A stretch of 64,000 bases of DNA. Source: Bacilli bacterium (GTDB taxonomy: Bacteria > Bacillota_I > Bacilli_A > RF39 > UBA660). Every line of letters begins with the position of its first letter. Position 1 is the first letter of the stretch. The DNA lies in assembly GCA_017404555.1 (NCBI GenBank), contig JAFRCD010000007.1, positions 25,455 through 89,454 on the forward strand. The letters run 5' to 3'. A program made the position numbers and the translations under genes. This document shows positions 9,913-21,720 of this stretch, piece after piece. Below the pieces are notes generated by a model that was given only the letters and a program-made list of their open reading frames with translations, was not told the DNA's origin and did no database searches.

Positions 9913-11263
9913 TCTTATACTCCTCTATCAACGCTTTGAATTCATCACCACGATCTTCAAACTTAGCATACTGATCCCAAGAAGCAGATGCTGGTGATAA
10001 AAGAATTATTTTAATACCTTTTTCCTTTGCTTCTTCTACGCACTTCTTAAATCCTTCTTTTAAAGTTTCATATGGGAAGACTGGAATACTATTCTTTTCA
10101 GCAAATTCTACTACTCTCTCTCGACATTCCCCAATAGCAATAATAGAAGCAACATTACCAACATAGTCTTTTAAATCATCAAAGTTTTGACCTCTCTCCA
10201 TACCACCTAAAATAACAATAGTTGGTTCTTTAAAAGCCGAAAGTGCTATCTGAGTACTCTTAATATTAGTAGCCTTAGTATCATTATAGAATCTAATTCC
10301 TTTAACTTCATCAACGTATTCTAAACGGTGTTCTACTCCTTTAAAAGTACTAATAGTCTTCTTAAGGCTTTCATTAGGAATATCAAACTCTTTAGCAATC
10401 ATAATAGCTCCCATAATGTTTTCTAAATTATGAGTACCAGATATTAAAATATCCGTATAATCTAAAACCTTATCACCATAATAATAAATACCATCATCTT
10501 TTAAATAACAACCATTAATTTCATTAGTAGAAGAAAAGTATTTAGTCTGTGATTTAATACTTTCTAAATCATGAACTACTTCTTCAGCATCCATATTAAT
10601 AATCGCAATATCTTCTTCACTTTGATTAAAGAACATCTTATATTTAGTTTCTTTATAATGTTCATACGTCTTCATAAAATCAATGTGGGTTGAAGATAAA
10701 TTAGTAAATAGCCCTATATTAGGTTTAAACTCTTTAATATTTTCTCCTTGTTGACAAGAGAACTCCATAACAATAATATTATCCTCGTTTAAATCTTTTA
10801 AAATACTACACAAAGGAAAACCAATATTACCAGCTAAAAGAACTCTATCTCCTAAATAGTCATGTAAAAAATTATAAGTAATTGTCGTAGTAGTTGTTTT
10901 ACCATTAGTTCCCGTAATCGCTACTATCTTTACTCCCTTTGGCATTAAGAGATAAGCAAGCTCTACTTCATTGATAACTTCTTTACCTAATTCTTTAGCC
11001 TTTAAAACATATTTATGATCAATAGGAACACCTGGATTCTTAATTAAATAATCAACACTTTCATCAATTAAATCATCGGGATGCGATCCGAAAACAAGTT
11101 TAACTCCTAAATCAGTCAACTCTTTTATTTGTTCCGCATCATGCTTATCTTCTTCTTTCGCATCGTTTAAAATCACTTCATTTCCCCGTTCAATTAAAAC
11201 CTTCGCAGCTTCATAACCACTTCTAGCCATTCCTAAAATTACTATTTTCTTATTTTCAAACAT
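9902..11263 (-). CDS. murD: UDP-N-acetylmuramoyl-L-alanine--D-glutamate ligase
   Basis: MurD-type N-terminal Rossmann domain ([18 protein letters not shown]) and Mur ligase P-loop GTNGKTTTT. Probable start MFENKK. The 3' end overlaps the eno start by 11 nt. Confidence 0.85.
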   Translation of the reverse strand: MFENKKIVILGMARSGYEAAKVLIERGNEVILNDAKEEDKHDAEQIKELTDLGVKLVFGSHPDDLIDESVDYLIKNPGVPIDHKYVLKAKELGKEVINEVELAYLLMPKGVKIVAITGTNGKTTTTTITYNFLHDYLGDRVLLAGNIGFPLCSILKDLNEDNIIVMEFSCQQGENIKEFKPNIGLFTNLSSTHIDFMKTYEHYKETKYKMFFNQSEEDIAIINMDAEEVVHDLESIKSQTKYFSSTNEINGCYLKDDGIYYYGDKVLDYTDILISGTHNLENIMGAIMIAKEFDIPNESLKKTISTFKGVEHRLEYVDEVKGIRFYNDTKATNIKSTQIALSAFKEPTIVILGGMERGQNFDDLKDYVGNVASIIAIGECRERVVEFAEKNSIPVFPYETLKEGFKKCVEEAKEKGIKIILLSPASASWDQYAKFEDRGDEFKALIEEYKNEN

Positions 11264-11365
11264 TCTATCACCTAATAACATTATACTATAAATTTGACAC
11301 TTTTAACATTGAAACTAAATATTTTTTTTGATATAATTGAAAGAGAATAAAGAGGAGATGCCTTT

Positions 11366-12613
11366 ATGAAGATAGTTACATTAGAACCCCAAGAATTTGA
11401 TAACTTCGCTACTAAGCATAAGTATCGCAACTATTATCAAACGTCTAATTACGCTGAAGTCATTAAGAACTTTGGTTTTAATGTGCACTTTTTAGGGTTT
11501 GTTGATGAAACTGAAAACCTAATTGGTGCCACTTTAATTATCTTCAAAGAAGTATTTATGAACAACAAAGTAGCTTATGCTCCTAGAGGAATGTTGTTTG
11601 ATTATACTAACTCTTCTAAGGTTCAAGAACTAGTGGAAAAACTAAAACAAGTACTAGGTAAACAAGGATTTGTTTTACTAAGGATTGACCCCTTAATTCC
11701 TGCGACTATTAGAGACAATAAGGGAAATGTAATAAATATCAATAGTGAAGCTAATATCATTATGAGTAATTTAACTGCTGCTGGATTTTCCAGAAGAGAA
11801 GAGAACTTATATTTTGAAAGTGAAAAGCCAAGATTTGAGGCTATATCACTATTTAATAAGTCCATTCAGAATATCTTCAATAACTTCGATAAAAGAACTA
11901 GACACAAGATAAAAAAAGCCAATACTGCTGGTATCGAAGTCTTTAAAGACCAAAATAAGAACTTATCAAAGCTATATGAATTTATTAAGGATAAACACGA
12001 TAAACCAATTGAATTTTATCAACAACTATGTAATAGTTATAAAGATAATATTGATTTATATTATGCAGTCTTAAACACTGAAAAATTTGTTGTCAGTAGT
12101 AAAAAACTATATGAATCAGAAATGGATATTAATGATGAATTAGCTAGAAAGATACAGGATCCTCAAGGGGGAACCAACAAAAAAGGTCTTATTAATAAAA
12201 AAATGGAATCTGATAAATTGATTAATACCTATAAGAATGACCTTGTTCTAGCTACTGAACTATTAAAGAAATATCCCAAAGGATTTATTGTTGGTGGAGC
12301 TTTAAGTATTTCCTTTGATAATGCTGCTTTCTTAGTAATTGAAGGATTTGATAATACTTATAAAGCCCTAAATCCTAACTATTTATTAAAATGGAAAATG
12401 ATTAATGATTATTATAGTAGAAAATATAAGTATTTAAACTTAAATGCTGTAGTTGGTGAATTTGCTGAAAATCATCAATATACCGGTCTTAATGAAATGA
12501 AATTAGGCTTTAATACAGTTGTTACTGAATATATTGGTGAATTTGACATCATATTAAATAACTTTGGTTATAACATATCCAAAAGAGCGATTAAAGATAA
12601 AATAGACACTTAA
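11366..12613 (+). CDS. FemAB-family peptidoglycan interpeptide-bridge peptidyltransferase
   Basis: 415 aa, collinear with S. aureus FemA/FemB: N-terminal MK..LT..EFD, a central coiled-coil insert, and C-terminal GFNTVVTEYIGEFD (compare GYNAEIIEYVGDF). It is one of the few plus-strand genes. Confidence 0.8.
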   Translation: MKIVTLEPQEFDNFATKHKYRNYYQTSNYAEVIKNFGFNVHFLGFVDETENLIGATLIIFKEVFMNNKVAYAPRGMLFDYTNSSKVQELVEKLKQVLGKQGFVLLRIDPLIPATIRDNKGNVININSEANIIMSNLTAAGFSRREENLYFESEKPRFEAISLFNKSIQNIFNNFDKRTRHKIKKANTAGIEVFKDQNKNLSKLYEFIKDKHDKPIEFYQQLCNSYKDNIDLYYAVLNTEKFVVSSKKLYESEMDINDELARKIQDPQGGTNKKGLINKKMESDKLINTYKNDLVLATELLKKYPKGFIVGGALSISFDNAAFLVIEGFDNTYKALNPNYLLKWKMINDYYSRKYKYLNLNAVVGEFAENHQYTGLNEMKLGFNTVVTEYIGEFDIILNNFGYNISKRAIKDKIDT

Positions 12614-12633
12614 AAAGACGATTATATCGTCTT

Positions 12634-13290
12634 TTATTTTTGTATTCCTTCTACGCTATAATCAGACTCAGAAGAAGCCAACATCTTATCGATTTCTTCT
12701 GTATCCGAATTACTGGACAAATCATTGTTTTCTTCAGAAAAAGGAATTTCTGGTTCGTCTTTAATGCACCCCTTCATAAAAACACTATTTCCTAATACTA
12801 CTACACCAATCATGGTCCCTATAACTAATTTTTTAATATTGATATGTAGTTTTCCATTCACTTTATCCTGAATCTTATCTTGACGTAAAAGATTTTTACA
12901 ATCCTCTACAGTAAGAGGTTTTTCTTTTGGCTTTTTAACCTCTGCTTCCTTCTTTGGTGTTACCTCTTTCTTTTTCGGTACTGGCTTTTCTTGTTTTGTT
13001 CTTCCAGTTAATTTATCAAGCGTCTTTTTATAGTCTTTTTCTTGAACAAAATGAACTATTCCTTGGTCAAGAAAATTATCACTGTTTAAATTACGATCTT
13101 TAGCCAATTGAGCTATTTGCTCTACAGTTTTATCATATGGTAAAACTACTATTCTACCATCATCATAGATAATAGTACCTCTTAAATAATCAGTATCTTT
13201 CTTAATCTTACCTGCTTCAATAGTCTCCTTATATGGCGTTCCTCTATGAATTAATATATTTTTTATATTATCAGTTTGATTTTGCTTCAT
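12634..13290 (-). CDS. Hypothetical single-TM protein with a Lys-rich linker and acidic C-terminal tail
   Basis: 218 aa: an N-terminal globular segment, a KKPKEK-type basic linker, one TM helix (LVIGTMIGVVVLGNSVF), and an acidic/serine-rich tail. No family assigned. Confidence 0.5.
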   Translation of the reverse strand: MKQNQTDNIKNILIHRGTPYKETIEAGKIKKDTDYLRGTIIYDDGRIVVLPYDKTVEQIAQLAKDRNLNSDNFLDQGIVHFVQEKDYKKTLDKLTGRTKQEKPVPKKKEVTPKKEAEVKKPKEKPLTVEDCKNLLRQDKIQDKVNGKLHINIKKLVIGTMIGVVVLGNSVFMKGCIKDEPEIPFSEENNDLSSNSDTEEIDKMLASSESDYSVEGIQK

Positions 13291-13373
13291 AATAGCACCT
13301 CTAACATAATTTTAATATACAGAAAAATAAAAAGCAATCAATTTACTTGATTGCTTTATCAACTTTACACTAA

Positions 13374-14558
13374 TTATTCAATAATTTCAGATACTGAACC
13401 AGCACCAACAGTACGTCCACCCTCACGGATAGAGAACTTAGTACCTTGTTCAAGAGCTATTGAATGAATTAATTCAACAGTCATATCTACATTATCACCA
13501 GGCATTACCATTTCTGTACCAGCTGGTAATTCGATAACACCAGTAACATCAGTAGTTCTGAAATAGAATTGTGGTCTATAGTTGTTGAAGAATGGTGTAT
13601 GACGTCCACCTTCTTCTTTACTTAATACATAAACTGCAGCTTTGAACTTTTTATGAGGTGTAACTGTTCCAGGTTTAGCTAGAACTTGTCCACGTTCAAC
13701 TTGTTCACGAGAAATACCACGTAATAGTACTCCAGCGTTGTCTCCAGCTTCTGCATAATCTAATTGTTTTCTGAACATCTCAATTCCAGTAGCAACTGTC
13801 TTTTGAGTGTCTTTAATACCTACTATTTCAACTTCATCATTAAGATTTAATTTACCACGTTCAACACGTCCAGTAACAACTGTTCCACGTCCAGTAATAG
13901 TGAATACGTCTTCAATACTCATTAAGAATGGTTTTTCAGTATCACGTTCTGGAGTTGGAATCCAAGTATCAACTGCATCCATTAATTCATCAATTTTAGC
14001 AGTCCATTTAGGATCTCCCTCTAGAGCTTTTAATGCTGAACCACGAATGATTGGAGTATTATCTCCATCGAATTCATATTCATTTAATAAATCTCTAATT
14101 TCCATTTCTACTAAGTCAAGTAGTTCTGGATCATCAACCATATCACACTTGTTCATGAATACTACCATTTTAGGTACTCCAACTTGATGAGCAAGTAAGA
14201 TGTGTTCACGAGTTTGTGCCATAGGTCCATCTGTTGCAGCAATAACTAAGATTGCTCCATCCATTTGTGCTGCACCAGTAATCATGTTTTTAACATAGTC
14301 AGCATGTCCTGGGCAGTCTACGTGAGCATAATGTCTTTTATCAGTACTATACTCAACATGTGCAGTATTAATAGTAATACCACGTTCTCTTTCTTCTGGT
14401 GCTTTATCAATGTTTCCAAATTCAACAGCTTCATTACCGTTTTTACCAGCTAAACATTTAGTAATAGCAGCAGTAAGAGTAGTTTTACCATGATCTACGT
14501 GTCCAATTGTACCAATGTTAACATGTGGTTTTGAACGATCAAACTTTTCCTTTGCCAT
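13374..14558 (-). CDS. tuf: Elongation factor Tu
   Basis: 394 aa with [14 protein letters not shown] and NKCD GTPase motifs. Strong SD AAGAGGAGG. Confidence 0.97.
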   Translation of the reverse strand: MAKEKFDRSKPHVNIGTIGHVDHGKTTLTAAITKCLAGKNGNEAVEFGNIDKAPEERERGITINTAHVEYSTDKRHYAHVDCPGHADYVKNMITGAAQMDGAILVIAATDGPMAQTREHILLAHQVGVPKMVVFMNKCDMVDDPELLDLVEMEIRDLLNEYEFDGDNTPIIRGSALKALEGDPKWTAKIDELMDAVDTWIPTPERDTEKPFLMSIEDVFTITGRGTVVTGRVERGKLNLNDEVEIVGIKDTQKTVATGIEMFRKQLDYAEAGDNAGVLLRGISREQVERGQVLAKPGTVTPHKKFKAAVYVLSKEEGGRHTPFFNNYRPQFYFRTTDVTGVIELPAGTEMVMPGDNVDMTVELIHSIALEQGTKFSIREGGRTVGAGSVSEIIE

Positions 14559-14591
14559 ATTATTTTTCCTCCTCTTTTTTAATACTATTAT

Positions 14592-14620
14592 ATTTTATCT
14601 AATAATTGAATAATTTTCAA
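14592..14620 (-). promoter_or_regulatory. Candidate sigma-A promoter for tuf (internal str-operon promoter)
   Basis: On the minus strand, TTGAAA (14615-14620), a 17-nt spacer, then TAAAAT (14592-14597), about 30 nt upstream of the tuf start. Confidence 0.4.
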
Positions 14621-14640
14621 CTATTTTGATACATTTTTTA

Positions 14641-16710
14641 TTAGTTTCCTGATTTTTTAATTATTTCTTCAGAAATATTTTTAGGAACCTCTTCATAATG
14701 ATCAAATGTCATTACAAATGTAGCTCTTCCTTGGGTATTAGATCTAAGGTTAGTAGCATATCCAAACATTTCAGATAGTGGTACCATTGCGCTTAATTTA
14801 ACCGCATTACCAACAGTCTCTTGTCCTAGTGGTTTACCACGACGAGCTGTTAAATCACCCATAACATTACCAAAGTATTCCTCTGGGGTAGTAACATCTA
14901 CCTTCATAATTGGTTCTAATAGAACTGGCTTACAGTTCTTCTTAGCCTCTTTCAAAGCAAGTGAAGCTGCAACTTTAAAGGCCATTTCATTAGAGTCAAC
15001 ATCATGATAACTTCCATCATATAGAGTAGCTTTAACATCAATCATAGGATATCCAGCTAAGATACCTGTTTGCATAGCTTCTTGTAATCCTTTGTCAACA
15101 ACTGGAATGTATTCACGAGGAACTACACCACCAACGATTTCATCAACAAATTCATAACCTTTATCTTTATTTGGTTCAAATTTAACCCAAACGTGACCAT
15201 ATTGTCCACGACCACCAGATTGTTTAATATACTTACCTTCACATTCACCAGTAGCAGTTAATGTCTCACGATAAGCAACTTGTGGTGCACCAACATTAGC
15301 TTCAACATTAAATTCTCTCTTCATACGATCAACTAGGACATCTAAGTGTAACTCACCCATACCAGCAATAACTGTCTGTCCAGTTTCGTGATCAGTATGA
15401 ACTTTAAATGTTGGGTCTTCTTCAGCTAATTTTTGTAAAGCAATGCCCATCTTATCTTGATCAGCTTTTGATTTAGGTTCTACAGCCAATTGAATAACTG
15501 GTTCTGGAACTTGTAAGCTCTCTAAGATAATTGGTTTCTTTTCATCACATAGAGTATCACCTGTTGTAGTATTCTTAAGTCCTACTGCAGCAGCAATATC
15601 TCCAGTATAAACATCTTTAATTTCCTTACGATCATTGGCATGCATCTGTAAGATACGACCAATTCTTTCTTTAGAATCTTTATTTGAGTTAAGAACATAA
15701 CTACCACTAGATAGATGTCCTGAATAAACTCTAAAGAATGTTAAACGTCCAACAAACGGATCAGTCATAACTTTGAATGCTAAGGCACTGAATGGTTCAT
15801 TGTCATTTGGATGACGCTCAATATCCTTACCATCTAAATCTGTTCCTTTAACTGATTCAATATCTACTGGACTTGGTAAATAATCAATAACGGCATCTAG
15901 TAAAGGTTTGATTCCCTTATTTCCTAATGCTGTTCCACACATAACTGGGAAGAATTCAGCAGCTAGAACACCCTTTCTAATTGCTCTTTTGATCATTTCT
16001 TCTGTTACTTCTCCACCATCAAGATAAGTCATCATCATGTCATCATCAAATTCAGCAACAGCCTCTAAAAGCTCAGCTCTTTTTTCTTCAGCAATAGCTT
16101 TTAAATCCTCAGGTATTTCAATATCTTCAGCGTTTTCCTCTTCGCCACCATCGTATTTTTTAGCTGTCATAGTAACTAAGTCAATAGTTCCACAGAAATC
16201 AGCTTCAGCCCCAATTGGCCATTCGATTGGTTTAGAATTAACACCTAGTCTATCATCAATAGTCTTTAAACTGTATTCAAAGTTAGCACCCATCTTATCC
16301 ATCTTATTTGCAAAGATAATTCTAGGAACTTTGAATTCAGATGCTTGTCTCCAAACTGTTTCTGTTTGTGGTTCAACTCCTGCTTGAGCATCAATAAGTG
16401 CTACTGCACCATCAAGTACTCTTAAGGAACGCGATACTTCAACAGTAAAGTCTACGTGTCCTGGAGTATCGATGATATTAAGACGGTGCTCTTTCCAATA
16501 AGCTGTTGTAGCAGCACTAGTAATAGTAATACCACGTTCTTGTTCCTGCTCCATCCAATCCATTTGTGATTCACCATCATGAGTCTCACCAATTTTATGA
16601 ATTTTACCAGTATGGTATAAAATTCTTTCTGTAGCGGTGGTCTTACCAGCATCGATATGAGCCATAATACCAAAATTTCTTGTCTTTTCTAACGACGTAT
16701 CTCTTGCCAT
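14641..16710 (-). CDS. fusA: Elongation factor G
   Basis: [14 protein letters not shown] and full EF-G domain content. The likely start is MARDTSLEK (~16710). The ORF call's 36-aa N-terminal extension overlaps rpsG and is probably not translated. Confidence 0.97.
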   Translation of the reverse strand: MARDTSLEKTRNFGIMAHIDAGKTTATERILYHTGKIHKIGETHDGESQMDWMEQEQERGITITSAATTAYWKEHRLNIIDTPGHVDFTVEVSRSLRVLDGAVALIDAQAGVEPQTETVWRQASEFKVPRIIFANKMDKMGANFEYSLKTIDDRLGVNSKPIEWPIGAEADFCGTIDLVTMTAKKYDGGEEENAEDIEIPEDLKAIAEEKRAELLEAVAEFDDDMMMTYLDGGEVTEEMIKRAIRKGVLAAEFFPVMCGTALGNKGIKPLLDAVIDYLPSPVDIESVKGTDLDGKDIERHPNDNEPFSALAFKVMTDPFVGRLTFFRVYSGHLSSGSYVLNSNKDSKERIGRILQMHANDRKEIKDVYTGDIAAAVGLKNTTTGDTLCDEKKPIILESLQVPEPVIQLAVEPKSKADQDKMGIALQKLAEEDPTFKVHTDHETGQTVIAGMGELHLDVLVDRMKREFNVEANVGAPQVAYRETLTATGECEGKYIKQSGGRGQYGHVWVKFEPNKDKGYEFVDEIVGGVVPREYIPVVDKGLQEAMQTGILAGYPMIDVKATLYDGSYHDVDSNEMAFKVAASLALKEAKKNCKPVLLEPIMKVDVTTPEEYFGNVMGDLTARRGKPLGQETVGNAVKLSAMVPLSEMFGYATNLRSNTQGRATFVMTFDHYEEVPKNISEEIIKKSGN

Positions 16711-16720
16711 AATTTCACCT

Positions 16721-17188
16721 CTACCATCTATAGTGTGCAAAAGCTTTATTAGCCTCTGCCATCCTATGTGTATCTTCTTTCTTCTTAAATGCTGCACCTG
16801 TTTCATTAGATGCATCAACTATTTCGTTTGCTAAATTATCAGCCATTCCTTTACCACCACGTTCTCTAGAATACTTAACAAGCCATCTTAAAGCTAATGC
16901 TTGACTTCTAGCTGGCGATACTTCGATAGGCACTTGATAATTTGATCCCCCTACACGACGAGATTTAACTTCTAGTTGTGGTTTTAAATTCTCCATAGCA
17001 GCTTCAAATACTTCTAATGGATCTTTCTTTGTTTTTTCTTTTACTTCATCAAATGCTGTATAAACGATTGTCTGTGCAATACCCTTTTTACCATCTAACA
17101 TTACTGTATTAATTAACTTAGTAACAACTTTAGACTTATATATTGGATCAGGTAGCACATCTCTTTTAACTGCACGTCTCTTACGCAT
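16721..17188 (-). CDS. rpsG: 30S ribosomal protein S7
   Basis: 155 aa, similar to S7. Confidence 0.95.
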   Translation of the reverse strand: MRKRRAVKRDVLPDPIYKSKVVTKLINTVMLDGKKGIAQTIVYTAFDEVKEKTKKDPLEVFEAAMENLKPQLEVKSRRVGGSNYQVPIEVSPARSQALALRWLVKYSRERGGKGMADNLANEIVDASNETGAAFKKKEDTHRMAEANKAFAHYRW

Positions 17189-17215
17189 TTTAACATCCTC
17201 CCTTCAATTATTTTT

Positions 17216-17629
17216 TTACTTTTTAGGTTTTTTAGCTCCGTATTTACTACGTCCTTGCATACGATCTTTAACACCAGCAGTATCTAAAGTACCACGAATA
17301 ATGTGATAACGAACTCCGATTAAGTCTTTAACACGACCACCACGAACTAATACTACACTGTGTTCTTGCAAGTTATGACCAATTCCTGGAATATAAGTAT
17401 CAACTTCTTTTCCATTAGATAAACGTACACGAGCATACTTTCTTAAGGCTGAGTTTGGTTTCTTAGGTGTCTTAGTACCAACACGAGTACAAACTCCTCG
17501 TTTTTGAGGTGATGGATTGTTAGTAGCTTTTCTCTTAATAGTATTAACTCCAACTCCTAAAACAGGGGCCTTACTTTTTCTTACTTTATCCTTACGTTTT
17601 TTTCTAACTAATTGGTTTATAGTAGGCAT
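17216..17629 (-). CDS. rpsL: 30S ribosomal protein S12
   Basis: 137 aa, similar to S12 (PTINQLVRK…[10 protein letters not shown]). Confidence 0.95.
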   Translation of the reverse strand: MPTINQLVRKKRKDKVRKSKAPVLGVGVNTIKRKATNNPSPQKRGVCTRVGTKTPKKPNSALRKYARVRLSNGKEVDTYIPGIGHNLQEHSVVLVRGGRVKDLIGVRYHIIRGTLDTAGVKDRMQGRSKYGAKKPKK

Positions 17630-17648
17630 TAAACAAGTCTCCTTTCTT

Positions 17649-17755
17649 TACACACTACCGTGTGTATCATTTTCTTTCCTAAATAAAACTTTGCGTAATT
17701 CGCAAAGCAAATTTAACAGCATTAATAATATAACACTTCCATTATATTAAGTCAA
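17649..17755 (-). promoter_or_regulatory. rpsL leader: a candidate promoter followed by two hairpins (attenuator-like)
   Basis: On the minus strand, TTGACT (17750-17755), 17 nt, then TATATT (17727-17732). Next comes the perfect palindrome ctttgcg-aatta-cgcaaag (17689-17707) followed by TTTTATTT. A second hairpin tacacac-ggta-gtgtgta (17649-17666) sits just before SD AAGGAG. Confidence 0.4.
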
Positions 17756-17789
17756 TACTTTTATTATAAAATATGATTAAATCTAGCAA

Positions 17790-17978
17790 TTATTCATTGC
17801 TTTCAATAATTGATTCTGTTGTATCAGGTAATGCTTCATCATATATATTTGATGGAGAAGACTTAGAAACACCTGCTCGCCATGATAAAATTGATACTAC
17901 TAATATGAATAGTATTAATACACAGACAAGCGCAATCATTGTTGGGATACTCCATCCTTCATTATTTAATTTTTTCAT
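17790..17978 (-). CDS. Small membrane protein (62 aa) of unknown function
   Basis: Good SD (AGGTGA) 5 nt before the ATG. One TM helix (IALVCVLILFILVVSIL). It occupies the position of ybxF between rpoC and rpsL. Confidence 0.4.
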   Translation of the reverse strand: MKKLNNEGWSIPTMIALVCVLILFILVVSILSWRAGVSKSSPSNIYDEALPDTTESIIESNE

Positions 17979-18087
17979 ATAATCACCTGTTAATATTATA
18001 AAATACTTTATTAATTATTGCCAGTATTTATTAGATGAATATGTAAAGTTTATTTGAATTTTCAAACAATAAAAAAGGAATAGTTTC

Positions 18088-21000
18088 CTATTCCATAAAT
18101 TCATCCTCTAACTTATCAAGTGGTTCTTCATCAACAAATTCACTCTCTAAATCATATTCAACATCTCTATAATGTTTATTACCAGTACCTGCTGGGATAA
18201 GTTTACCAATGATGACATTTTCTTTTAGACCCTCTAATGGATCAACTTTTCCTCTAATAGCAGCATCTGTAAGAATTCTAGTTGTTTCTTGGAATGAAGC
18301 TGCTGATAAGAATGAATCAGTCTCAAGTGAAGCTTTAGTAATACCAAGTAATACTGGTACTCCCTTAGCTGGTTTCTTACCTTCAATAACATATTTCTTA
18401 TTACCATCAGTAAATTCTCTAAAGTTAACAAGACTACCTGGTAAGAACTTAGTATCTCCACTTTCAATAATCTTAATTTTAGAAATCATTCTTCTAGCAA
18501 TTAACTCAATATGTTTATCAGAAATATCAACACCTTGAGAACGATAAGTATGTTGTACTTCTTTTAAGATATATTCTTGAGTAGTAATTGGATCAGTAAC
18601 AGCTAGCAATTCCTTAGGAGAAATAGCTCCTTCAGTAAGTTTACTACCAGCTTTTACCTCATCATTCTTTTCTACTGCTAGTTTAGCACCATAATTAGAT
18701 GTATGTTCTTTAGACTCCAATTTATTAGTAATTGTAATCTTATATTTACCATGATCTTCTTTGATCTTAGTAACTTTACCATCAATTTCAGCAATAGTTG
18801 CTTTTCCTTTTGGAGTACGTGCTTCAAATAATTCTTGAACACGTGGTAAACCTTGAGTAATATCCTCTTCACCAGCAACTCCTCCAGTATGGAAAGTACG
18901 CATAGTAAGTTGAGTACCTGGCTCACCAATAGATTGGGCAGCCATAACTCCGACAGCCTCTCCTACTTCTACTAGATTACCAGTAGCCAAGTTACGACCA
19001 TAACATTTTTGACATACACCATTAACAGTATTACATGTTAATGCCGTTCTAATTTCTACTTCTTCGATACCAGCTGCTACAATCTTTTCAGCAGCACGCT
19101 CAGTAATCATCTCTAATTCATTAACTAAAACATTCTTAGTAGCTGGATCAACAATCTTCTTATTAGCAAAACGACCAATAATACGATCATATAAGCTTTC
19201 AATAACAGCTCCTGTTTTTTCATTAATAAAGGCTCTTACTACAACACCATTATCAGTGCCACAGTCCTCTTCTCTAACAATCATATCTTGTGAAACATCA
19301 ACTAAACGTCTAGTTAAGTATCCAGAATCAGCAGTTTTCAAGGCTGTATCCGCAAGACCTTTACGAGTACCGTGAGTAGATAAGAAGAATTCAGCAACTG
19401 AAAGTCCCTCTTTATATGATGATAAGACTGGAATTTCTACTGGCTCACCATTAGGTTTTTGCACAGAACCACGCATTCCGGCAACCTGAGTAAAGTTAGA
19501 AATATTACCACGAGCTTTAGAATGCATCATCATAAAGATTGGATTATCAATATCACTATCAGCAATTTCCTCTAAATCACGAGAAACTTGGTCTTTAGCA
19601 TCACTCCAGGTTTCAATAACTTTATTGAAACGCTCACTTTCAGTAATAAGACCCTTAGTGTATTGTTTATTGATCTTATCAACAGTTTTTTGTGCTTCAG
19701 CAACAATCTTATCTTTCTTTTTACTAGTTTCAACATCAGATATACTGATTGTTACACCAGCTAAAGTTGAATACTTAAATCCTAAATCCTTTAAGTTATC
19801 AAGCATTGTAGATGTTTCAGTTGTCTTATATCTCTTGAATACTTGAGCAATTATCTTCTCTAATGTATTCTTAACAAAAGCATCTACAAGTGGCATCTTC
19901 TTAATTTCTTCAGGAATTTTTTTACCCTTTTCAATAAAGTACTTATTAGGAGTAATTCCTTGAATATTATCAGTAGTTGGTTCATTAATATAAGCAAATG
20001 AATCAGGCAAGATTTCATTAAACTTAATTTTACCAACAGTAGTAACTAAGTATTTACCCTTTTGTTCTTCAGTAAATAGCTTATGTCTAAACGAATCAAC
20101 TGGTACAGCAATTCTAGTATGAAGAGTTATTTCTCTTCTCTCATAAGCCATAAGTGCTTCATTAATATCTTTAAATAGACGTCCTTCACCATCTTCTCCA
20201 GCCTTTTCAATAGTTAAGTAATAATTACCTAAAACCATATCTTGTGAAGGAGTAACGATTGGATCTCCACTCTTTGGATGAAGGATATTATTAGAACCCA
20301 ACATCAATATTCTAGCTTCAGCTTTAGCCTCTTCTGATAATGGTACATGAACAGCCATTTGGTCACCATCGAAGTCAGCATTGAAAGCTGTACAAACAAG
20401 TGGATGTAGCCTAATAGCTTTACCACCAATTAGAACAGGTTCAAAAGCTTGAATTCCTAATCTATGTAGGGTTGGAGCACGGTTAAGTAATACCGGATAC
20501 TCTTTAATAACATCTTCCACAATATCCCATACAGCTGGATCTTGATTATCAATTAATCTCTTCGCAGCCTTAATATTATGGGCTATATCACGAGATACTA
20601 AACCATTAATAACATGTGGTTTAAATAATTCTAAAGCCATTTCTTTAGGAAGACCACATTGATACATCTTAAGTGATGGACCAACAACGATAACTGAACG
20701 TCCTGAATAGTCAACACGTTTACCAAGTAAGTTTTGACGGAAACGTCCTTGTTTACCCTTTAACATACTAGAAAGCGATTTTAAAGCTCTGTTTCCTGCT
20801 CCTGTAATACTTCTACCACGACGGCCATTATCAAATAAGGCATCTACAGCTTCTTGAAGCATACGTTTTTCATTTTGAATAATGATACCAGGAGCCCCTA
20901 AATCAATAAGCTTCTTTAAACGATTATTACGGTTAATAACTCGACGATATAAATCATTTAAATCAGATGTAGCAAAACGACCACCATCAAGTTGAATCAT

Positions 21001-21720
21001 TGGTCTTAAATCAGGCGGAATAACTGGAATACAATCCATAATCATCCACTCTGGCTTATTACCTGATTTATCAAAAGCATCTAATACATCAAGTCTTTTA
21101 ACTAATCTGGTTCTCTTTTGACCTTGGGCCTTTTCTAATTCTTTTTCAATTTCCGCTATTTCTTTCTTAAGATCTACTTTCTTAAGTAATTCTTTAATAG
21201 CTTCAGCACCCATTCCTACTTTGAAGCCAGTACCATATTTTTCATAATAAGCACGGTATTCTTTTTCAGAAAGTGTTTGTTTATTCTCTAATGGAGCATT
21301 ACCTTTATCAATAACAACGTAACTAACAAAGTATAATACTTCTTCTAGATCTCTTGGACTCATATCAAGAACAAGTCCCATTCTAGAAGGAACTCCCTTG
21401 AAGAACCAAATATGTGATACTGGAGTAGCAAGTTCAATATGACCCATTCTCTCACGTCTAACTTTAGAACGAGTTACTTCAACTCCACAACGATCACAAA
21501 CGATATTTTTATATCTTACCCTCTTGTACTTACCACATGAACATTCAAAATCTTTAGTAGGTCCAAAGATCTTTTCACAATATAGACCATCACGTTCAGG
21601 TTTTAAAGTACGATAATTAATTGTCTCTGGTTTCTTTACTTCACCATAAGACCATTCTCTGATTTTCTCAGGAGAAGCTATTCCAATTCTTAATGCATCA
21701 AACTTATTTACTTCTAACAT
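18088..21720 (-). CDS. rpoC: DNA-directed RNA polymerase subunit beta'
   Basis: 1210 aa with NADFDGD active site and zinc-binding cysteines. Its start overlaps the rpoB stop in a TAATG arrangement. Confidence 0.97.
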   Translation of the reverse strand: MLEVNKFDALRIGIASPEKIREWSYGEVKKPETINYRTLKPERDGLYCEKIFGPTKDFECSCGKYKRVRYKNIVCDRCGVEVTRSKVRRERMGHIELATPVSHIWFFKGVPSRMGLVLDMSPRDLEEVLYFVSYVVIDKGNAPLENKQTLSEKEYRAYYEKYGTGFKVGMGAEAIKELLKKVDLKKEIAEIEKELEKAQGQKRTRLVKRLDVLDAFDKSGNKPEWMIMDCIPVIPPDLRPMIQLDGGRFATSDLNDLYRRVINRNNRLKKLIDLGAPGIIIQNEKRMLQEAVDALFDNGRRGRSITGAGNRALKSLSSMLKGKQGRFRQNLLGKRVDYSGRSVIVVGPSLKMYQCGLPKEMALELFKPHVINGLVSRDIAHNIKAAKRLIDNQDPAVWDIVEDVIKEYPVLLNRAPTLHRLGIQAFEPVLIGGKAIRLHPLVCTAFNADFDGDQMAVHVPLSEEAKAEARILMLGSNNILHPKSGDPIVTPSQDMVLGNYYLTIEKAGEDGEGRLFKDINEALMAYERREITLHTRIAVPVDSFRHKLFTEEQKGKYLVTTVGKIKFNEILPDSFAYINEPTTDNIQGITPNKYFIEKGKKIPEEIKKMPLVDAFVKNTLEKIIAQVFKRYKTTETSTMLDNLKDLGFKYSTLAGVTISISDVETSKKKDKIVAEAQKTVDKINKQYTKGLITESERFNKVIETWSDAKDQVSRDLEEIADSDIDNPIFMMMHSKARGNISNFTQVAGMRGSVQKPNGEPVEIPVLSSYKEGLSVAEFFLSTHGTRKGLADTALKTADSGYLTRRLVDVSQDMIVREEDCGTDNGVVVRAFINEKTGAVIESLYDRIIGRFANKKIVDPATKNVLVNELEMITERAAEKIVAAGIEEVEIRTALTCNTVNGVCQKCYGRNLATGNLVEVGEAVGVMAAQSIGEPGTQLTMRTFHTGGVAGEEDITQGLPRVQELFEARTPKGKATIAEIDGKVTKIKEDHGKYKITITNKLESKEHTSNYGAKLAVEKNDEVKAGSKLTEGAISPKELLAVTDPITTQEYILKEVQHTYRSQGVDISDKHIELIARRMISKIKIIESGDTKFLPGSLVNFREFTDGNKKYVIEGKKPAKGVPVLLGITKASLETDSFLSAASFQETTRILTDAAIRGKVDPLEGLKENVIIGKLIPAGTGNKHYRDVEYDLESEFVDEEPLDKLEDEFME

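Noticed and set aside
11623-11865. Minus-strand ORF within the Fem gene
   Set aside because: Antisense artefact inside a confidently identified FemAB-family gene.
13807-16673. Antisense ORFs inside tuf (13807-14187, 14265-14453) and fusA (16037-16387), and the same-strand alternate-frame ORF 16452-16673 in fusA
   Set aside because: They are fully contained within highly conserved translation-factor genes. They are Ser/Ile-rich low-complexity translations typical of alternate-frame readings of AT-rich coding DNA, with no SD motifs.
16711-16818. N-terminal extensions in ORF calls (fusA 16711-16818, rnr 7096-7173, clpC 32291-32305, SDR 1628-1648, rsmI 62886-62957)
   Set aside because: In each case an internal ATG with a proper SD matches the conserved protein N-terminus. 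The extensions overlap the upstream gene and lack an SD, so I trimmed them.
18209-19846. Embedded ORFs 18209-18538, 18234-18467, 18678-18929 and 19625-19846 within rpoC
   Set aside because: Alternate-frame and antisense artefacts inside the essential rpoC gene. No independent signals.
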